Source: Mytilus californianus (taxonomy: Eukaryota). From it: DNA of 64,000 bases. The position numbers and the translations under genes were made by a program. This document shows positions 23,796 to 37,800 of this stretch, piece by piece. The notes below the pieces were generated by a model, which was given only the letters and a program-made list of their open reading frames with translations, had not been told where the DNA came from and searched no databases. Position 1 is the stretch's first letter; each line of letters starts with the position of its first letter. The stretch lies in NCBI RefSeq assembly GCF_021869535.1, contig NW_026262745.1, positions 45,694,001 to 45,758,000 on the forward strand, read 5' to 3'.

Positions 23796-24220
23796 GCATG
23801 TATATTGTCTGGTTTCGTTTATGTATAACATGATTACTCCAAAGAGGAATTAAGCAAAAATTATGGTATTTTTAGAAAACAAACTTTATACATGCATGCG
23901 CAATCACATGTAAAAAACATGTATAAAAAATATGTGATATTTTACAAAATAATATAAAAATGATTTGTTACCATGATTTACAAACCACAAATTAATTTGA
24001 AATCAAGCAAGACATTTTGCTCTCGTTAAATTGTTCGACAGCACTTTACCGCAACCCAAAGCAAAATTCACCCATAGATGCTTCACAAAGGCATTTTTTT
24101 TTACTTTTGATACACCTGAGTCCTTTTTCAATCATCATTAGTTATTTTGACTTGTTTAAGTTTGTAATTTATACAACTTTATGATGAAATATTAATAAAC
24201 AGACAGAACAGCAACAATAA

Positions 24221-24507
24221 TCAGCAGTTTGAATCTACTGGTTCCAATATTATAAGTGTTGTTGAACGCGGAGGAAGTGCACTGTCGTTGTAGTCCGCGA
24301 AAAGGTCATCGTCTGATTCAATTTGAATGTCATCCTCTATTGAAGGACTGACTCTTCGATGGAATGGATCAGCTCTTCTGACGTTTCTCATTCCACCATA
24401 CTTAAGTACTGCCACACCAGCACCTACACCGGTGACAATTACAGCGGCTGCTATGGCACCAATGACAATACCAACGGTTTGGATGGTATCGTCTGCTTCA
24501 TCGTTAG
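24221..24507 (-). CDS. Giant mucin gene, terminal exon: transmembrane helix and cytoplasmic tail
   Basis: Acceptor ttttttattcag|CT in phase 1, matching the giant exon donor. Encodes (A)NDEADDTIQT-VGIVIGAIAAAVIVTGVGAGVAVL-KYGGMRNVRR...VDSNC*, a hydrophobic 24-mer followed by basic residues. TGA at 24221-24223. Confidence 0.85.
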
Positions 24508-24896
24508 CTGAATAAAAAAAATTAATGACAGATAAAAGGTCGTGGCTATTAGATACGGATCCACCCAGCCCCACTCTCTAAACACATTATTACTTTATTT
24601 GTTACGTATAAATTTATTTACCATTTGACTTTGATTATAAACCTAACTGCAAACTTGATATAGAATTAGAAAATCATGAAGTGTTTGTAGATACAAATAC
24701 AAAATTGTACTAATGTACCATAAAGAGGACTGAGAGAGTGAACATCATAAGTGCACTACGGTGGATTTTTGAAATACTAAACTTAACATAATACTCAATT
24801 ATACATTCAAAAGTAGGATTTGATTGCTTATAGCTTTAAAACAATAAACTCTCAATAATGATTGCATTTCTGCATTAAAACCGAGGATACTTATAC

Positions 24897-25052
24897 AGAG
24901 GGGTGACACGGGGTGCTCATTTCCCAAATCCCGTTTTTACTATTTCCCACCTAACTTTTTAGTTCCTTCTTTTTTCCAGATCCCACTGTTTTACCCCCTT
25001 AATTCCACATCCCCACTTTTTATTACCCCCTATATCCCACATCCCAAAAGCG
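24897..25052. mobile_element. Small MITE with GGRGTGACACG termini and atcccac internal repeats
   Basis: gaggggtgacacg...cgtgtcactcc. An inverted related copy lies at 52968-53097. Confidence 0.65.
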
Positions 25053-25894
25053 TGTCACTCCTTATTACACATAGCAGTATCTGAGTAAAACGTAAGGTCA
25101 TTGTGACTTTTGTCTTGAAACTTTGAAAAGGATGATTGTGAATACGAAAATTTTATTTATCAAGGAATTTAGTGACAGAAAATGTGTCTGAAAAACAGAC
25201 TTAAACATACCTTCAGGATTGATTGATGATTTCATAACATTCAATGATAAACATTTCATACAAATAAGCATACGTTAGGGATAATCGTATTTCAATCGTT
25301 CGATCAAATAAAGTTTATGATGACAATATAGAAAAAATAGTTGAAGAAGGGCTAATATATGTATCAGCAATGTCTACGTTAGCGAAGGGGACCAATTAAA
25401 AAAAAAATATTTATCAAAGAATAAGGTGACCTTGACGTTTTTTGGTTTTTTTTCAGGAATATTAACTAATTAAGCTACTATCATTGATACGTTTGTTCCA
25501 AAGACGATAAAATACCAAAATAATTTCATTAATACTAGGACGAAAAAACTAAGATTTCGAATCTGTTCGTTTAAGGTAAACATCAGAGGGATCCACATAA
25601 CACAACCCTTTTCTTTACAAGGTATTAACCTAATGGAGCGATCTGATATGAAACAAATGACGATGCAATGTCAGAAAATACAATGCAGTCTGGTTATCAT
25701 TGACCCAGACAGGCCTACAGCAGCATATTTGTTTCAGTATATTTCATCACAATTTTGAAATTCTTATATATGCAACCCTTACTTGCCTTTCTAAACAAAT
25801 GAATAAGTACATATCAATTAGAAAAGAAACAACCAATAGTCTTAATAGCTCTACTTTGTATCACATAAAAGGGTTGATTAAGTAATTTGTTTAC

Positions 25895-28800
25895 CGAATT
25901 TAAGATTGGTTGAATTTATGCTGCCATTAGTATGTGTAGATGTTGGCAAATATTCTGTTGTTGTAGACACAATAGTTGTAGTGGTAGTTTCTGTTGTAGG
26001 TTGTGCAGTTGTAGTGGTAGCTTCTGTTGTCGTAGGTTGTACAGTTGTAGTGGTAGCTTCTGTTGTTTTAGACTCTACGGTTAAAATGGAAGCTTTTGTT
26101 GTTGTAGGTTCAGCAGTAGTAGTGATAGCTTCCGTTGTTGTAGGTTCTACAGTTGTGGTGATAGCTTCTGTTGGTGTAGGTTCTATAGTTGTACTTGTAG
26201 ATTCTGTTGTTGTAGGTGCAACAGTTGTAGTGATAGCTTCCGTTGTTGTAGGTTCTACAGCTGTGGTGGTAGCTTCTGTTGTTGTAGGTTGTACAGTTGT
26301 AGTGATAGCTTCCGTTGTTGTAGGTTCTACAGCTGTGGTGGTAGCTTCTGTTGTTGTAGGTTCTATAGTTGTACTTGTAGATTCTGTTGTTGTAGGTGCA
26401 ACAGATGTAGTGATAGCTTCTGTTGTTGTAGGTTGTACAGTTGTAGTGATAGCTTCCGTTGTTGTAGGTTCTACAGTTGAAGTAATATCTCCAGTTGTTG
26501 TTAGTTCTACAGTAGAAGTGGCAGCTTCTGTTGATGTATGTTCCACAGTTGTAGTGATAGTTCCTGTTGTTGTAGGTTCCACAGTTGTAGTGGTATCTTC
26601 CTTTGTTGTAGGTTCTACAGTTGTGGTTATATCTCCAGTTAATGTAGGTTCCACAGTTGTAGTAATTGATTCCGTTGTTGTAGGTTCTACAGTTGAAGTT
26701 ATATCTTCTGTTGTTGTAGGTTCTACAGTTGTAGCGGAAGCTACTGTTGTTGTAGGTTCCACAGTTGTAGTGATAGCTTCTGTTGTTGTAGGTTCTACAG
26801 TTGTAGTGATAGCTTCCGTTGTTGTAGGTTCTACAGTTGTAGTGATAGCTTCTGTTGTTGTAGGTTCTACAGTTGTAGTGATAGCTTCCGTTGTTGTAAG
26901 TTCTACAGTTGGAGTTATTTCTTCAGTTGTTGTAAGTTCTACAGTAGTAGTGGCAGCTTCGGTTGTTGTAGGTTCTACAGTTGTAGTGATAGCTTCTGTT
27001 GTTGTAGGTTCTACAGTTGTAGTGATGGCTTCTGTTGTTGTAGGTTCTACAGTTGAAGTTATATCTTCAGTTGTTGTAAGTTCTACAGTAGTAGTGGCAG
27101 CTTCGGTTGTTGTAGATTCCACAGTTGTAGTGATAGCTTCTGTTGTTGTAGGTTCTACAGTTGTAGTGATAGCTTCTGTTGTTGTAAGTTCTACAGTAGT
27201 AGTGGCAGCTGCTGTTGTTGTAGGTTCCACAGTTGTAGTGATAGTTTCTGTTGTTGTAGGTTCCACAGTTGTAGTGATATCTTCTGTTGTTGTAGGTTTT
27301 ACAGTTGTAGTGATAGCTTCCGTTGTTGTAGGTTCTACAGTTGAAATTATATCTTCAGTTGTTGTAAGTTCTACATTAGTAGTGGCAGCTTCTGTTGTTG
27401 TAGGTTCCACAGTTGTAGTGATAGCTTCTGTTGTTGTAGGTTCTACAGTTGTAGTGATAGCTTCCGTTGTTGTAGGTTCTACAGTTGAAGTTATATCTTC
27501 AGTTGTTGTAAGTTCTACAGTAGTAGTGGCAGCTCCGGTTGTTGCAAGTTCTACAGTTGTAGTGATGGCTTCCGTTGTTGTATGTTCTAAAGTTGTAGTG
27601 ATATCTTCTGTTGTTGTAGATTCAACAGTTGAAGTGACAGCTGCTGTTGTTGTAGGTTCTACAGTTGAAGTTATATCTTCAGTTGTTGTAAGTTTTACAG
27701 TAGTTGTGGCAGCTTCGGTTGTTGTAGGTTCCACAGTTGTAGTGATAGCTTCTGTTGTTGTAGGTTCTACAGTTGTAGTTATAGCTTCCGTTGTTGTAGG
27801 TTCTATAGTTGAAGTTATATCTTCAGTTGTTGTAAGTTCTACAGTAGTAGTGGCAGCTTCGGTTGTTGTTGGTTCTACATTTGTAGTGATGGCTTCCGTT
27901 GTTGTATGTTCTAAAGTTGTAGTGATATCTTCTGTTGTTGTAGATTCAACAGTTGTAGTGATAGCTTCTGTTGTTGTAGGGTCTACAGTTGAAGTTATAT
28001 CTTCAGTTGTTGTAAGTTCTACAGTAGTAGTGGCAGCTTCGGTTGTTGTAGGTTCTACAGTTGTAGTGATAGCTTCTGTTGTTGTAGGTTCCAAAGTTTT
28101 AGTGATAGCTCCTGTTGTTGTAGGTTCTACAGTTGAAGTTATATCTTCAGTTGTTGTAAGTTCTACAGAAGTAGTGGCAGCTTCGGTTGTTGTAGGTTCT
28201 ACAGTTGTAGTGATAGCTTCTGTTGTTGTTGGTTCTACAGTTGTAGTGATAGCTTCCGTTGTTGTAGGTTCTACAGTTGAAGTTATATCTTCAGTTGTTG
28301 TAAGTTCTACAGTAGTAGTGGCAGCTGCTGTTGTTGTAGGTTCCACAGTTGTAGTGATAGCTTCTGTTGTTGTAGGTTCTACAGTTGTAGTGATAGCTTC
28401 TGTTGTTGTAGGTTCTACAGTTGAAGTTATATCTTCAGTTGTTGTAAGTTCTACAGTAGTAGTGGCAGCTTCGGTTGTTGTAGATTCCACAGTTGTAGTG
28501 ATAGCTTCTGTTGTTGTAGGTTCTACAGTTGTAGTGATAGCTTCTGTTGTTGTAGGTTCTACAGTTGAAGTTATATCTTCAGTTGTTGTAATTTCTACAG
28601 TAGTAGTGGCAGCTTCGGTTGTTGTAGGTTCTAGAGTTGTAGTGATAGCTTCTGTTGTTGTTGGTTCTACAGTTGTAGTGATAGCTTCCATTGTTGTAGG
28701 TTCTACAGTTGAAGTTATATCTTCAGTTGTTGTAAGTTCTACAGTAGTAGTGGCAGCTTCGGTTGTTGTAGGTTCCACAGTTGTAGTGATAGCTTCTGTT

Positions 28801-31800
28801 GTTGTAGGTTCTAAAGTTGTAGTGATATCTTCTGTTGTTGTAAGTTCTACAGTAGTAGTGGCAGCTGCTGTTGTTGTAGGTTCTACAGTTGTAGTGATAG
28901 CTTCTGTTGTTGTTGGTTCTACAGTTGTAGTGATAGCTTCCGTTGTTGTAGGTTCTACAGTTGAAATTATATCTTCAGTTGTTGTAAGTTCTACATTAGT
29001 AGTGGCAGCTTCTGTTGTTGTAGGTTCCACAGTTGTAGTGATAGCTTCTGTTGTTGTAGGTTCTACAGTTGTAGTGATAGCTTCCGTTGTTGTAGGTTCT
29101 ACAGTTGAAGTTATATCTTCAGTTGTTGTAAGTTCTACAGTAGTAGTGGCAGCTCCGGTTGTTGTAAAATCTACAGTTGTAGTGATGGCTTCCGTTGTTG
29201 TATGTTCTAAAGTTGTAGTGATATCTTCTGTTGTTGTAGATTCAACAGTTGAAGTGACAGCTGCTGTTGTTGTAGGTTCTACAGTTGAAGTTATATCTTC
29301 AGTTGTTGTAAGTTTTACAGAAGTTGTGGCAGCTTCGGTTGTTGTAGGTTCCACAGTTGTAGTGATAGCTTCTGTTGTTGTAGGTTCTACAGTTGTAGTT
29401 ATAGCTTCCGTTCTTGTAGGTTCTACAGTTGAAGTTATATCTTCAGTTGTTGTAAGTTCTACAGTAGTAGTGGCAGCTTCGGTTGTTGTTGGTTCTACAT
29501 TTGTAGTAATGGCTTCCGTTGTTGTATGTTCTAAAGTTGTAGTGATATCTTCTGTTGTTGTAGATTCAACAGTTGTAGTGATAGCTTCTGTTGTTGTAGG
29601 GTCTACAGTTGAAGTTATATCTTCAGTTGTTGTAAGTTCTACAGTAGTAGTGGCAGCTTGGGTTGTTGTAGGTTCTACAGTTGTAGTGATAGCTTCTGTT
29701 GTTATAGGTTCCAAAGTTTTAGTGATAGCTCCTGTTGTTGTAGGTTCTACAGTTGTAGTGATAGCTTCTGTTGTTGTACGTTCTACAGTTGAAGTTATAT
29801 CTTCAGTTGTTGTAAGTTCTACAGAAGTAGTGGCAGCTTCGGTTGTTGTAGGTTCTACAGTTGTAGTGATAGCTTCTGTTGTTGTAGGTTCTACAGTTGA
29901 AGTTATATCTTCAGTTGTTGTAATTTCTACAGTAGTAGTGACAGCTTCGGTTGTTGTAGGTTCTAGAGTTGTAGTGATAGCTTCTGTTGTTGTTGGTTCT
30001 ACAGTTGTAATGATAGCTTCCATTGTTGTAGGTTCTACAGTTGAAGTTATATCTTCAGTTGTTGTAAGTTCTACAGTAGTAGTGGCAGCTTCGGTTGTTG
30101 TAGGTTCCACAGTTGTAGTGATAGCTTCTGTTGTTGTAGGTTCTAAAGTTGTAGTGATATCTTCTGTTGTTGTAGATTCAACAGTTGTAGTGACAGCTGC
30201 TGTTGTTGTAGGTTCTACAGTTGAAGTTGTATCTTCAGTTGTTGTAATGTCTAAAGTAGTAGTGGCAGCTTCGGTGGTTGTAGGTTCCACAGCTGTAGTG
30301 ATAGCTTCTGTTGTTTTAGGTTCTACAGTTGTAGTGATAGCATCCGTTGTTGTAGGTTCTACAGATGAAGATATATCTTCAGTTGTTGTAAGTTCTACAG
30401 TAGTAGTGGCAGCTGCTGTTGTTGTAGGTTCCACAGTTGTAGTGATATCTTCTGTTGTTGTAGGTTCTACAGTTGTAGTGATAGCTTCCGTTGTTGTAGG
30501 ATCTACAGTTATAATTATATCTTCAGTTGTTGTAGGTTCCACAGTTGTAGTGATAGCTTCAGTTGTTGTAAGTTCTACATTAGTAGTGGCAGCTTTGGTT
30601 GTTGTAGGTTCTACAGTTGTAGTGATGGCTTCCATTGTTGTATGTTCTAAATTTGTAGTGATATCTTCTGTTGTTGTAGGTTCTACAGTTGTAGTGATAG
30701 CTTCTGTTGTAGGTTCCACAGTTGTAGTGATAGCTTCCGTTGTTGTAGGTTCTACAGTTGAAGTTATATCTCCAGTTGTTGTAAGTTCTACAGTAGTAGT
30801 GGCAGCTTCGGTTGTTGTTGGTTCTACAGTTGTAGTGATGGCTTCCGTTGTTGTATGATCTGAAGTTGTAGTGATATCTTCTGTTGTTGTAGATTCTACA
30901 GTTGAAGTTATATCTTCATTTGTTGTAAGTTTTACAGTAGTAGTGGCAGCTTCGGTTGTTGTAGGTTCCACAGTTGTACTGATAGCTTCTGTTGTTGTTG
31001 GTTCTACAGTTGTAGTGATAGCTTCTGTTGTTGAAGGTTCCACAGTTGTAGTGATTGATTCCGTTGTTGTAGGTTTTACAGTTGTAGTTATACCTTCTGT
31101 TGTTGTAGGTTCTACAGTTGTAGTCAAAGCTTCTGTTGTTGTAGGTTCCACAGTTGTAGTGATATCTTCTGTTGTTGTAGGTTCTACAGTTGTAGTGGTA
31201 TCTTCAGTTGTTGTAAGTTCTACAGTAGTAGTGGCAGCTTCGGTTGTTGTAGGTTCCACAGTTGTAGTGATAGCTTCTGTTGTTGTAGGTTCTACAGTTG
31301 TAGTGATAGCTTGTGTTGTTGTAGGTTCTACAGTTGAAGTTATATCTTCAGTTGTTGTAAGTTCTACAGTAGTAGTGGCAGCTTTGGTTGTTGTAGGTTC
31401 CACAGTTGTAGTGATTGCTTCCGTTGTTGTAGGTTCTGAAGTTGTAGTGATATCTTCTGTTGTTGTAGATTCAACAGTTGTAGTGACAGCTTCCGTTGTT
31501 GTAGGTTCTACAGTTGAAGTTATATGTTCAGTTGTTGTAAGTTCTAAAGTAGTAGTGGCAGCTTCGGTTGTTGTAGGTTCCACAGTTGTAGTGATAGCTT
31601 CTGTTGTTGTAGGTTCCACAGTTGGAGTGATAGCTTCCGTTGTTGTAGGTTCTACAGTTGAAGTTATATCTTCAGTTGTTGTAAGTTCTATAGTAGAAGT
31701 GGCAGCTTCGGTTGTTGTAGGTTCCACAGTTGTAGTGATAGCTTCTGTTGTTGTAGGTTCTACATTTGTAGTGATAGCTTCCGTTGTTGTAGGTTCTACA

Positions 31801-34800
31801 GTTGTAGTGATGGCTTCTGTTGTTGTAGATTCTACAGTTGTAGTGATAGCTTCTAATGTTGGAGATTCCACACTTGTAGTGATAGCTTCTGATGTTGAAG
31901 GTTCCACAGTTGTAGTGATAGCTTCTGATGTTGAAGGTTCCACAGTTGTAGTGATAGCTTCTGATGTTGAAGGTTCCACAGTTGTAGTGATTGATTCCGT
32001 TGTTGTAGGTTTTACAGTTGTAGTTATACCTTCTGTTGTTGTAGGTTCTACAGTTGTTGTCAAAGCTTCTGTTGTTGTAGGTTCCAAAGTTGTAGTGATA
32101 GATTCTGTTGTTGAAGATTCCACAGTTGTAGTGATAGCTTCCGTTGTTGTAGATTCTACAGTTGAAGTTATATCTTCAGTTGTTGTAAGTTTTACAGTAG
32201 TAGTGGCAGCTTCAGTTGTTTTAGGTTCCACAGTTGTACTGATAGCTTCTGTTGTTGTTGGTTCTACAGTTGTAGTGATAGCTTGTGTTGTTGTAGGTTC
32301 TACAGTTGAAGTTATATCTTCAGTTGTTGTAATTTCTACAGTAGTAGTGGCAGCTTTGGTTGTTGTAGGTTCCACAGTTGTAGTGATGGCTTCCGTTGTT
32401 GTAGGTTCTGAAGTTGTAGTGATATCTTCTGTTGTTGTAGATTCAACAGTTGTAGTTACAGCTGCTGTTGTTGTAGGTTTTACAGTTGAAGTTATATCTT
32501 CAGTTGTTGTATGTTCTAAAGTAGTAGTGGCAGCTTCGGTTGTTGTAGGTTCCACAGTTGTAGTGATAGCTTCCGTTGTTGTAGGTTCTACAGTTGTAGT
32601 GATAGCTTCCGTTGTTGTAGATTCTACAGTTGAAGTTATATCTTCAGTTGTTGTAAGTTCTACAGTAGTAGTGGCAGCTTCGGTTGTTGTAGGTTCTACA
32701 GTTGTAGTGATAACTTCAGTTGTTGTAGGTTCTACAGTTGAAGTTATATCTCCAGCTGTTGTTAGTTCTAAAGTAGTAGTGGCAGCTTCGGTTGTTGTAG
32801 GTTTCACAGTTGTAGTGATAGCTTCTGTTGTTGTAGGTTCTACAGTTGTAGTGATAGCTTCCGTTGTTGTAGGTTCTACAGTTGTAGTGATGGCTTCTGT
32901 TGTTGTAGATTCTACAGTTGTAGTGATAGCTTCTGATGTTGGAGATTCCACACTTGTAGTGATAGCTTCTGATGTTGAAGGTTCCACAGTTGTAGTGATA
33001 GCTTCTGATGTTGAAGGTTCCACAGTTGTAGTGATTGATTCCGTTGTTGTAGGTTTTACAGTTGTAGTTATACCTTCTGTTGTTGTAGGTTCTACAGTTG
33101 TAGTCAAAGCTTCTGTTGTTGTAAATCCCAAAGTTGTAGTGATAGATTCTGTTGTTGAAGATTCCACAGTTGCAGTGATATCTTCTGTTGTTGTAGATTC
33201 TACAGTTGAAGTTATATCTTCAGTTGTTGTAAGTTTTACAGTAGTAATGGCAGCTTCGGTTGTTTTAGGTTCCACAGTTGTACTGATAGCTTCTGTTGTT
33301 GTTGGTTCCACAGTTGTAGTGATAGCTTCTGATGTTGAAGGTTCCACAGTTGTAGTGATAGCTTCTGATGTTGAAGGTTCCACAGTTGTAGTGATTGATT
33401 CCGTTGTTGTAGGTTTTACAGTTGTAGTTATACCTTCTGTTGTTGTAGGTTCTACAGTTGTAGTCAAAGCTTCTGTTGTTGTAGGTTCCAAAGTTGTAGT
33501 GATAGATTCTGTTGTTGAAGATTCCACAGTTGTAGTGATAGCTTCCGTTGTTGTAGATTCTACAGTTGAAGTTATATCTTCAGTTGTTGTAAGTTTTACA
33601 GTAGTAGTGGCAGCTTCGGTTGTTTTAGGTTCCACAGTTGTACTGATAGCTTCTGTTGTTGTTGGTTCTACAGTTGTAGTGATAGCTTCTGTTGTTGTAG
33701 GTTCTACAGTTGAAGTTGTATCTTCAGTTATTGTAAGTTCTACAGTAGTAGTGGCAGCTTCGGTTGTTGTAGGTTCCACAGTTGAAGTAATAGCTTCTGT
33801 TGGAGGTTCTACAGTTGTAGTGATAGCTTGTGTTGTTGTAGGTTCTACAGTTGAAGTTATATCTTCAGTTGTTGTAATTTCTACAGTAGTAGTGGCAGCT
33901 TTGGTTGTTGTAGGTTCCACAGTTATAGTGATGGCTTCCGTTGTTGTAGGTTCTGAAGTTGTAGTGATATCTTCTGTTGTTGTAGATTCAACAGTTGTAG
34001 TTACAGCTGCTGTTGTTGTAGGTTTTACAGTTGAAGTTATATCTTCAGTTGTTGTATGTTCTAAAGAAGTAGTGGCAGCTTCGGTTGTTGTAGGTTCCAC
34101 AGTTGTAGTGATAGCTTCCGTTGTTGTAGGTTCTACAGTTGTAGTGATAGCTTCCGTTGTTGTAGATTCTACAGTTGAAGTTATATCTTCAGTTGTTGTA
34201 AGTTCTACAGTAGTAGTGGCAGCTTCGGTTGTTGTAGGTTCTACAGTTGTAGTGATAGCTTCCGTTGTTGTAGGTTCTACAGTTGAAGTTATATCTCCAG
34301 CTGTTGTTAGTTCTAAAGTAGTAGTGGCAGCTTCGGTTGTTGTAGGTTTCACACTTGTAGTGATAGCTTCTGATGTTGAAGGTTCCACAGTTGTAGTGAT
34401 AGCTTCTGATGTTGAAGGTTCCACAGTTGTAGTGATTGATTCCGTTGTTGTAGGTTTTACAGTTGTTGTTATACCTTCTGTTGTTGTAGGATCTAAAGTT
34501 GTAGTCAAAGCTTCTGTTGTTGTAGGTCCTAAAGTTGTAGTGATAGATTCTGTTGTTGAAGATTCCACAGTTGCAGTGATATCTTCTGTTGTTGTAGATT
34601 CTACAGTTGAAGTTATATCTTCAGTTGTTGTAATTTTTACAGTAGTAATGGCAGCTTCGGTTGTTTTAAGTTCCACAGTTGTACTGATAGCTTCTGTTGT
34701 TGTTGGTTCTACAGTTGTAGTGATAGCTTCTGTTGTTGTAGGTTCTACAGTTGAAGTTGTATCTTCAGTTGTTGTAAGTTCTACAGTAGTAGTGGCAGCT

Positions 34801-37800
34801 TCGGTTGTTGTAGGTTCCACAGTTGTAGTGATAGCTTCTGTTGTAGGTTCTACAGTTGTAGTGATAGCTTGTGTTGTTGTGGGTTCTACAGTTGAAGTTA
34901 TATCTTCAGTTGTTGTAATTTCTACAGTAGTAGTGGCAGCTTTGGTTGTTGTAGGTTCAACAGTTGTAGTGATGGCTTCCGTTGTTGTAGGTTCTGAAGT
35001 TGTAGTGATATCTTCTGTTGTTGTAGATTCAACAGTTGTAGTTACAGCTGCTGTTGTTGTAGGTTTTACAGTTGAAGTTTTATCTTCAGTTGTTGTATGT
35101 TCTAAAGTAGTAGTGGCAGCTTCGGTTGTTGTAGGTTCCACAGTTGTAGTGATAGCTTCCGTTGTTGTAGGTTCTACAGTTGTAGTGATAGCTTCCGTTG
35201 TTGTAGATTCCACAGTTGAAGTTATATCTTCAGTTGTTGTAGGTTCCACAGTTGTAGTGATAGCTTCTGTTGTTGTAGGTTCCACAGTTGTAGTGATAGC
35301 TTCCGTTGTTGTAGGTTCTACAGTTGAAGTTATATCTTCAGTTGTTGTAAGTTCTATAGTAGAAGTGGCAGCTTCGGTTGTTGTAGGTTCCACAGTTGTA
35401 GTGATAGCTTCTGTTGTTGTAGGTTCTACAGTTGTAGTGATAACTTCCGTAGTTGTAGGTTCTACAGTTGTAGTGATGGCTTCTGTTGTTGTAGATTCTA
35501 CAGTTGTAGTGATAACTTCTGATGTTGGAGATTCCACACTTGTAGTGATAGCTTCTGATGTTGAAGGTTCCACAGTTGTAGTGATAGCTTCTGATGTTGA
35601 AGGTTCCACAGTTGTAGTGATAGCTTCTGATGTTGAAGGTTCCACAGTTGTAGTGATTGATTCCGTTGTTGTAGGTTTTACAGTTGTAGTTATACCTTCT
35701 GTTGTTGTAGGTTCTACAGTTGTAGTCAAAGCTTCTGTTGTTGTAGGTTCCAAAGTTGTAGTGATAGATTCTGTTGTTGAAGATTCCACAGTTGTAGTGA
35801 TATCTTCTGTTGTTGTAGATTCTTCAGTTGAAGTTATATCTTCAGTTGTTGTAAGTTTTACAGTAGTAGTGGCAGCTTCGGTTGTTTTAGGTTCCACAGT
35901 TGTACTGATAGCTTCTGTTGTTGTTGGTTCTACAGTTGTAGTGATAGCTTCTGTTGTTGTAGGTTCTACAGTTGAAGTTGTATCTTCAGTTGTTGTAAGT
36001 TCTACAGTAGTAGTGGCAGCTTCGGTTGTTGTAGGTTCCACAGTTGTAGTGATAGCTTCTGTTGTAGGTTCTACAGTTGTAGTGATAGCTTGTGTTGTTG
36101 TAGGTTCTACAGTTGAAGTTATATCTTCAGTTGTTGTAATTTCTACAGTAGTAGTGGCAGCTTTGGTTGTTGTAGGTTCCACAGTTGTAGTGATGGCTTC
36201 CGTTGTTGTAGGTTCTGAAGTTGTAGTAATATCTTCTGTTGTTGTAGATTGAACAGCTGTAGTTACAGCTGCTGTTGTTGTAGGTTTTACAGTTGAAGTT
36301 ATATCTTCAGTTGTTGTATGTTCTAAAGTAGTAGTGGCAGCTTCTGTTGTTGTAGGTTCCACAGTTGTAGTGATAGCTTCCGTTGTTGTAGGTTCTACAG
36401 TTGTAGTGATAGCTTCCGTTGTTGTAGATTCTACAGTTGAAGTTATATCTTCAGTTGTTGTAAGTTCTACAGTAGTAGTGGCAGCTTCGGTTGTTGTAGG
36501 TTCTACAGTTGTAGTGATAGCTTCCGTTGTTGTAGGTTCTACAGTTGAAGTTATATCTCCAGCTGTTGTTAGTTCTAAAGTAGTAGTGGCAGCTTCGGTT
36601 GTTGTAGGTTTCACAGTTGTAGTGATAGCTTCTGTTGTTGTAGATTCAACAGTTGTAGTGACAGCTTTCGTTGTTGTAGGTTCTACAGTTGAAGTTATAT
36701 CTTCAGTTGTTGTAAGTTCTACAGTAGTAGTGGCAGCTTCGGTTGTTGTAGGTTCCACAGTTGTAGTGATAGCTTCTGTTGTTGTAGGTTCTACAGTTGT
36801 AGTGATAGCTTCCGTTGTTGTAGGTTCTACAGTTGAAGTTATATCTTCAGTTGTTGTAAGTTCTACAGTAGTAGTGGCAGCTTCGGATGTTGTAAGTTCT
36901 ACAGTTGTAGTGTTGGCTTCCGTTGTTGTATGTACTGAAGTTGTAGTGATACCTTCTGTTGTTGTAGATTCAACAGTTGTAGTGACAGCTGCTGTTGTTG
37001 TAGGTTCTACAGTTGAAGTTATATCTCCAGTTGTTGTTAGTTCTAAAGTAGTAGTGGCAGCTTCGTTTGTTGTAGGTTCCACAGTTGTAGTGATAGCTTC
37101 TGTTGTTGTAGGTTCTACAGTTGAAGTTATATCTTCAGTTGTTGTAAGTTCTACAGTAGTAGTGGCAGCTTCGGTTGTTGTAGGTTCCACAGTTGTAGTG
37201 ATTGATTCCGTTGTTGTAGGTTTTACAGTTGTAGTTTTACCTTCTGTTGATGTAGTTTCTACAGTTGTAGTCAAAGCTTCTGTTGATGTAGGTTCCTTAC
37301 TTGTAGTGATAGCTTCCGTTGTTGTAGGTTCTACAGTTGAAGTTATATCTCCAGTTGTTGTTAGTTCTAAAGTAGTGGTGGCAGCTTCGGTTGTTGTAGG
37401 TTCCACAGTTGTAGTGATAGCTTCTGTTGTTGTAGATTCAACAGTTGTACTGACAGCTTTCGTTGTTGTAGGTTCTACAGTTGAAGTTATATCTTCAGTT
37501 GTTGTAAGTTCTAAAGTAGTAGTGGCAGCTTCGGTTGTTATAGGTTCCACAGTTGTAGTGATAGCTTCTGTTGTTGTAGATTCAATAGTTATAGTGACAG
37601 CTTTCGTTGTTGTAGGTTCTACAGTTGAAGTTATATCTTCAGTTTTTGTTAGTTCTACAGTAGTAGTGGCAGCTTCGTTTGTTGTAGGTTCTACAGTTGT
37701 AGTGATAGGTTCTGTTGTTGTAGGTTCTACAGTTGTAGTGATAGCTTCCGTTGTTGTAGGTTCTACAGTTGAAGTTATATCTCCAGTTGTTGTTAGTTCT

